A stretch of DNA of 64,000 bases from contig NW_026576125.1 of assembly GCF_028641065.1 (NCBI RefSeq), positions 62,001 to 126,000 of the forward strand, written 5' to 3'. The notes under the pieces were generated by a model. The model saw only the letters and a list, made by a program, of their open reading frames with translations. It was not told the DNA's origin and did not search any database. The stretch is from Leucoraja erinacea. Lineage: Eukaryota. Shown here one piece after another: positions 63,387-64,000 of this stretch (positions are counted from its first letter, which is position 1; each line of letters starts with the position of its first letter). Made by a program: the position numbers and the translations under genes.

Positions 63387-64000
63387 CTGTGGCAATTTGT
63401 GCTAACTACAGTTTTCACCCAAAGCCAGTATAGGACAGGAGACCGGTTAGAGCCCTGGATCTTGCCTCACCAGTTTGCATTTATTATAGGGTCACCCTAT
63501 TTTTTACTGAGCCACTTTGACATTTCACACCGTTTACCTTAAACATCTCCTGCCTTTCGATCTCTGGGTGGTCCTTGCTGACTAGAGTCTGAGCATGAAT
63601 AAATCTGGCCAGTGGCACTGGGATGTGAAGCAACAATGTCTGCAAATGAATGAATACACAGGCAACTAGTGGAAGGGAGAGGGAGACAGCTTGAATTGGG
63701 TATTTCCCACACTCTGGTACACTTTGATCCCAGTAGATACCAGGGGTTGGATTTGAATCTTATAAATGGGTAGTAATAATAGAATGACAAATTCCATACG
63801 CAGCCAATTACTTTATTTCACACTTTCCTGCCAAACAATCATACTGCCGGATAGAACCATCTGAGAATGTCACATTGAGATTACTCTGGTAGATGAACTT
63901 CGGCAGACACTTCGAACAGCCGGGACATTTTCGACCTGGAAATGGAAGATTAATTGATTTAAATGTTAAGAGATTTTTACCTCCTGTGTTGAGGAAAGAG

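Noticed and set aside
63131-63418. 95-aa ORF from the ORF track
   Set aside because: It is an alternative frame over the short secretory exon and its UTR; the splice-phase frame fits IgW.

Overview
This is cartilaginous-fish genomic DNA, probably skate or ray. That is inferred from the IgW gene and the elasmobranch-type CR1, SINE and Penelope repeats. It is repeat-dense and has one 140-N gap at 7846-7985. The plus strand carries exons 1-2 of V-ATPase subunit G3 (ATP6V1G3); I could not find exon 3. The minus strand carries the 3' part of an IgW (IgD-lineage) heavy-chain gene, about 29.5-63.4 kb. V/D/J and the first C exons lie beyond the right edge, so CH numbering is inferred. In transcription order it has: a Cys-rich short secretory exon, C3-C4, a duplicated C3-C4, a candidate second secretory exon, C5, and C6 with a long tailpiece and polyA signal. 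Then, unexpectedly, come eight more intact phase-1 C exons (four ~2-kb tandem C3'-C4' units), located after the last secretory polyA signal and before TM1/TM2. These exons look usable only by the membrane form, which is the main candidate for an undescribed system. One repeat unit carries a complete-ended DIRS retrotransposon whose empty site is preserved in the sister units. The rest is CR1, Rex1/Babar, Tx1-like and Penelope remnants (the last with minimal hammerhead-like cores), plus MITEs and low-complexity DNA.
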